From contig JBHGNT010000001.1 of assembly GCA_043228905.1 (NCBI GenBank), positions 16,554,001-16,618,000 on the forward strand: 64,000 nt of DNA, in the 5' to 3' direction. The position numbers and the translations under genes are program-made. This document shows, piece after piece, positions 58,386 to 64,000 of this stretch. Positions within the stretch are counted from its first letter, which is position 1, and the number at the start of each line of letters is the position of its first letter. The notes below the pieces were generated by a model that was not told the origin of the DNA, did not search any database, and was given only the letters and a program-made list of their open reading frames with translations. The DNA comes from Azolla caroliniana. Taxonomy: Eukaryota; Plantae; Polypodiophyta.

Positions 58386-60054
58386 TGCGCGGAATATCAC
58401 TCGGCCACAACCGAGTAGTAAAAAACTTCTATAAGAAAAAAAAAAAAAACACAGAAATGGGAAGTGGAGAGTACACAATAAAATAACACCAGATGTTTAC
58501 GTGGAAAACCATAATAGGGAAAAACCATGGGAGCCCACAGACTCCGAACTATCACTATGAAGAGAAGGGGTACAATCAGAGACTTGGAGGCAACGACCTC
58601 GAGCTCTGTTTCTTCGCACAGTGGCGGTTACAACAGAGTATCGCTCTGTATATCTCTCTCTCTCGCACTCTTTGTACAATAGTTGCAGCGATATGACAAC
58701 CACACAATCACATATCCATCACTACACAAAGTGATTGCCCTAAGTCATATTTATAGTTATATGAACTTAGGGCTATTTACAAATATAGCCTCAATGGGCT
58801 TATTCAAGACATATTTACAAATCTATCTTCTCTTCCGGTTCTCACCGGGTCCTCTTTATTCATCACCAGATCCCATCCGGAGAGACCGATTTCCCAACAA
58901 TCTCCCTCTTCACTCCGGTATGGGATGTCTTGTAAGTCCGATCCGTTTCCGGCATGCGTCCAACTTGTCGGGTGTCAGCACCTTGGTCAGCATATACGAC
59001 CCGTTCTCCTCCGTGTGGATCTTCGTCAGCACGAAGTCTTGATCTTCAACTTGCTCCTGGATCTAGTGGTACCTGCGTTGGATGTGCTTTGTTCTGGAAT
59101 GGTATGCCGCGTTCTTTGCAAGGTGGATGGCACTTTGATTGTCGCAGTAGAGCCGATATTCCTCTTGCCGGATCCCTAGCTCTCCGATGAAGTCCTTCAT
59201 CCGCAATATTTCCTTGCCGGCTTCCACGGTTGCCATGTACTCCGCCTCCATGGTTGACAATGCAACCATCTTTTGTAGCCTCGACTACCACGAAACGGCT
59301 CCCCCTACATAGGTCATGACATATCCGGAAGTTGACCGGCCGGTGTCCACATCAGCCGATATATGCGAATTGGTAAATCCTTCCATGAGGGGTTTACCAA
59401 AGCCGAATCGAAGGCACATACTCGAAGTGCCCTTCAAGTACTGGAGTATCCATTTTACCGCATTCCAGTGCTCTTTTCTGGGGTTGGTCATGAATCGACT
59501 CACCACTCCGACTGCGTATCCAATATCCGGTCGAGTACACACCATTGCGTACATCAAGCTCCCGACCATAGAGGCATATGGAATCTTCATCATATCCGCC
59601 TTCTTTGCCTTTGTCTTTGGGTTGTGCTTACTTGATAACCTGCAGTTTGCCGGGAGTGTCGATCCGACCGGTTTTGCTTCTGACATGTTAAACCGCTGAA
59701 GCACCTTTGTCACGTACTTTTCCTATGAAAACCACAATTGCTTCTTTCACCGGTCCCGGATGATGTGCATCCCTAGTATCTGTCTTGCCGGACCCAAGTC
59801 TTTGATTGAGAAGGTCCGGTTAAGGGCCTTCTTCAGCATCCGTATCTTGACTTGGTCTCGTCCGACGATCAACATGTCGTCCACGTACAGGAGCAATATC
59901 AGGAAATTTCCACCATCAAATTTCTTCACAAACAGACAGTGATCGTCCTACATCTTGTGGTACCCTTGATCGGTCATGAAGGAGTCCAACTTCCCATACC
60001 ATTGCCGGGGAGCTTGCTTCAGTCCATATAAGCTCTTCTTCAGTTGGAACACCA
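58386..60054 (-). mobile_element. Element L: 3' end (LTR 58386-58899, RH, RT) of a decayed Tork/Tnt1-like Copia, interrupted by M
   Basis: LTR resembles the E LTRs; LKKSLYGLKQAPRQWY, LLYVDDML, HSRTKHIQRRYH. Confidence 0.88.
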
Positions 60055-60135
60055 TGTTGGGGAACAAGGTCGTTAGTGCGGAAGAACAAATAGCATCCAG
60101 TGATGTTGAAGGGCCTGTGTATGAGAATGAACAAG

Positions 60136-60168
<33 letters not shown>

Positions 60169-61124
60169 TATAGGCACAAAGAAATGTTTATATTTCTCAA
60201 TATAGCAACAGTTACAAAATAACAACCAACCTTTACTAAAGGTTACAAAGTCACTATATATAGTGTCTATCCTAGGGCAACTGCCCTTTATGCTATTTTC
60301 AGAAATAGCCCAAACTTGGGCTGTCCAAAGGGACAGTGTGAATACGGCCATTATACACTCGTATTCGACATTCCCTCGTAATGGGCGTATACATGGGTTA
60401 TACTAAAGTTACAGGTATGTACAAGGCTGTCGGACAGATCGGTTTGTTGGAGTCGGCAGGATTCGAAGACTGAAGACCGAACCGGTCGGGTCGGAATAGC
60501 TGAAGCCGATCCTCAGAGAACCGATGTCAGTGGTCCGAAACCATCCTGTGCTGTGTGTCTGACTTTAACCGGACCGATTTTTCGTTAAGCCCATCTGGTG
60601 CTGAAGGGACCGGAAACGATTTGCCGAAAGACACTTGGTCATTCCATCTGCGACATTATCGGTTGTGGATATCTTCTCTAGACCGATTTTCCTTGAAATG
60701 ATGTAGTCTCGAACGAAGTGATATCGAACGTCGATATGCTTGGAGGCGTTGTGGTGAACCAGATTATTTGACAAAGCAACAACACCCTGACTGTCGCTGT
60801 AGACAACTGGAGCCAAGTCGAGGTCGACTTGTCGAAATGTGTGCGCCAACCGACTGAGCCATAAGGCTTCTTTTGCCGCGTCGGACGCAACTACATATTC
60901 TGCTTCGGTCGTTGAGGTGGCTGTGCACTCCTGAAGTTTCGACTTCCACGAGATTGCTCCATTGCCGAATTTGAAACAATATCCGGTTGTTGATTTCCAA
61001 CTGTCCACGTAGCCGGCGAAGTCCGAGTCGGTGTAACCGACTACGCTTGAGGTTGAGTTAGGGCCAAAAAGAATGTCGTGGTCTTTTGTGCCAGCTAGAT
61101 AACTGAACACATGCTTGACTGCGT

Positions 61125-62547
61125 TGTCGTGAAGATCCATCACTACGCGCAGATCGTGAGGCGGAACCACCGGGGTTCTAGACTGGAAGGACTCGAAGTT
61201 GGTGCTAGCTTTAGCGAGAAATGATTTAAGATAGATTGAAAGAGAGATATTGAGATAAGATAGAACACTTGATTTTAGATTGAGAGAGAGATTTTGAAAG
61301 ACAAGATATATCATCAATTGGATAACAAACTTCTTACTTTTAATTTTAGTTCTGATATCAAGTACAAAGCTTCCAAAAATTTTACATTAGCCCTTTCATC
61401 TTTTTCCTCCCTCTTTTATAGATGCCCTCATGCATTTGAGGGTACAAGACATGCATAAAATGCATGTTTGCCATTTGGCGCTCATGTATTACATGTGGTG
61501 CATGATAACCACGTCACTCATTTAAGGTCGCATGTATGAGAATTTACATATAAAACTATAATGACAAAAGTATTTTTTTATGAAAATGTCTTGGCTTAGT
61601 GGTAAGCCTATAGACTCTCAACTTGGAGGTGCAAGGTTCAAATCCACACTTGCACTCCTTGTGTATATATATATATGTATACATACATATATTTATTTAT
61701 TTATTTATATATCTATCTAGTCGCCGGAGCGCTAGATGGCGCCGGATGCTAGATGCCGCCAGTTGGCTTAGTGGTAAGCCTATAGACTCTCAACTTGGAG
61801 GTGCAAGGTTCTGAATCCACACTTGCACTCCTCGTGTATATATATATATATGTATATATACATATATATATATGTATACATACATATATATATATGTATA
61901 CATACATATATATATATATTTATTTATATATCTATCTGGTCGCCGGATGCCGCCGGCTCACCGGCTCAGTCGTAGGTTCGGTTTCGGTTGGCGAACATAC
62001 ATATATTTATTTATTTATTTATATATCTATCGCCGGATGTTAGATGCCGCCATTTGGCTTAGTGGTAAGCCTATAGACTCTCAACTTGGAGGTGCAAGGT
62101 TCAAATCCACACTTGCACTCCTCGTGTATATATATATATATGTATACATACATATATATATTTATTTATTTATATATCTATCTGGTCGCCGGATGCCGCC
62201 GACTCACCGGCTCAGTCGTAGGTTCGGTTTCGGTTGGCGAAAACTTGTAGCTAGGCCACACTCACTCATCATATTCTTTGTTCAAGTCACCTTGAACTCT
62301 CTATGCTCCACACATTGACACAAAGATAATAGCTTTTGCTCTACTTTATATATTGTAGGGTTCTTGTTTGTCCTATCTATGTGGGATATCTCACAATTTT
62401 ATTTTTCTCTTCTTCCTTCTCCTACTTCATTCACATAACTTGTCACTTAGATATCCGTTTTTTATGTGGTAAAACACATTTGAAAGCTCTTGAAGACCTC
62501 CATCTTTTTATACAATTTCCACACTATTGTTGAAAATCTTCACGACA
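61125..62547 (-). mobile_element. Solo LTR of the J-type family with an internally amplified U3
   Basis: TGTCGTGA...TCACGACA; flanks GCGT and ACGT; inverse homology to 42398-43459. Confidence 0.88.
61585..62241 (+). repeat. Three copies of a tRNA-like A/B-box module (61591-61658, 61763-61831, 62054-62121) separated by (TA)n and GCCGGATG-rich spacers
   Basis: TTGGCTTAGTGGTAAGCCTATAGACTCTCAACTTGGAGGTGCAAGGTTCAAATCCACACTTGCACTCC is repeated nearly identically. Confidence 0.9.
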
Positions 62548-64000
62548 ACGTTCTAGTGCGATCGGCCTCAGTTGTGCATGAATCTGCTGACGACTCCTAC
62601 AACGTGAGAAATATCAGGCTATGTTGCGACCATCGCGTACATAAGGGAGCCAATTGCGGGTGCATACGGTATTGACTTCATATCTTCCCCATCCGGACCA
62701 GATGTCGGGTAGTCTTGCTGAGACAACCGAAGGTTAATGGGGATTGGGGTCGAAGCAGATTTGGCTGAGTGCATGTTGAAGCGTTCCAAGACATGTTCGA
62801 CGTAGTTGGTTTGAGACAAGAAAAGTTGTCGTTTATCGCAATGCCGACTAATCTTGCCGGACCGAAGTCCCTCATGGCAAAATTCAGCCACAGTTTCCAA
62901 ACGAGTTCGGTGAGCTCTCCGGCATGTTAGCCGGAGAGTAGCATGTTGTCCACGTAAATGATGAGGAAGACGAGAGACCTGTCTTGAGTTGTTTTGGTGA
63001 AGAGACAATGGTCCTCATTGCTCTTGGAGAAGCCGACCAACTGGATGAAGTCGTCGAACTTCTTGTACCACTGTCGAGGTGCTTGTTTCAGGCCGTATAA
63101 CCTATTCCTGAGTCAGCAGACTAGATGTTCCTGGCCGGATGCCACAAAGCCTTTTGGCAGCTCCATATAGATTTCCTCCTGTAGGTCACCGTGGAGGAAT
63201 GCCGATTTTACATATAGTTGAATCAGCTCCAAGTTGTCGGCGGCCACGACGCTGAGCATGAAACGAAGGGTTGTCCTTTTCACCACTAGTGAAAAGATTT
63301 CGTCGAAGTCGACGCCATATTCTTGTCAAAATCCATTCGCAACTAATCTGGCCTTGTACTTTGGGTTGGTTGAGACGGACGTCTCTTTTAGTCGATAGAC
63401 CCATTTACATGGAAGAGCACGTCGATTCTTCGGTAAGTCGACCAAGTCCCAAGTCTTGTTTGCATGAATGGAGTGCATTTCCGACTCCATTGCCAGAGAT
63501 GCTAGGTGGCTGAGTCGGCAGATGCCGACGCTTCTTCGTAAGACATCGGTTCGCCGGTGTCGGTAAAGAAAATGCCGGGAGAGTACCTCACCAGAGGTTG
63601 CGACAGTCTCTCGGATCTGTGGGGTATGACTGGACTAGTCACACCGGGTGTCGATGTCAGATGGTCGGGAGTCGAGCCATTCGGTTGTGCCGAATCGGTG
63701 GATTCGGTGCGAGAGTTGTCGGTTACCCGTGAAACCGATCTCATGTGGTGGGTTGGGCCGTCATGAAGGGTTGGCACTTCAGAAAATATTACCCTTCGGA
63801 CTTCAATAGGCCTTTCGGGCGTTTTATGCATAGCTGACTCATTGAACACGACGTTCGAACTTCGGACGATTTGTCTATGCTCGGGGTCCCAGAGTCGGTA
63901 TCCGATCTCGTCGTCGGGTCTATATCCAAGGAAAACGCATTTTATTGATCTTGGTTTGAGTTTCCGGCGATCATCTTTTGGTATGAGGGCGTATGCCTCA

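Larger units (their letters stand above)
60055..64000 (-). mobile_element. Element M: decayed Copia (3' LTR 60055-60370; RH/RT/INT C-terminus running off the window end), split by a solo LTR
   Basis: TGTTGG...TTCGACA; YTDSDFAG, TTEAEY, KHIDVRYHF; RT and KLKPRSIKCVFLGY-type integrase tail near 63900. Confidence 0.85.

Noticed and set aside
60565-61317. 250-aa ORF as a novel gene
   Set aside because: It is a chance fusion of solo-LTR sequence with the Copia RNase H frame at the 61124/61125 junction.

Overview
Repeat-dominated nuclear DNA of a land plant. The TE lineages suggest a seedless plant, probably a fern (inference). Roughly 90% of the window is nested transposons around one host gene, a 4-exon GNAT3/At4g19985-like acetyltransferase (minus strand, 39340-41626, 245 aa). 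Elements resolved by LTR/PBS/PPT/TSD: one intact, very young Tnt1/Tork-like Copia (15210-20503); several decayed Copia elements; a self-priming Tcn1-like chromovirus (21331-26945); a group of tRNA-Trp-primed non-chromovirus Gypsy elements and solo LTRs; an L1 LINE; and a probable MULE terminus with an 84-bp tandem array. Most notable observations: (1) two unrelated Gypsy LTR families each carry an antisense tRNA-like Pol III A/B-box module in U3, triplicated in one LTR; (2) a conserved G_GAU_UUU_UAG slippery site plus stem-loop/pseudoknot lies between protease and RT in the Trp-primed elements; (3) that group inserts at RCGT sites with 4-bp TSDs; (4) one Copia is flanked by a 279-bp target duplication and has a damaged LTR end; (5) a Copia family has a conserved post-RNase H extension, a duplicated PPT and alternative hairpins at the PPT. 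Lineage names come from manual motif recognition, not database searches. Letters A-M are my own element labels.
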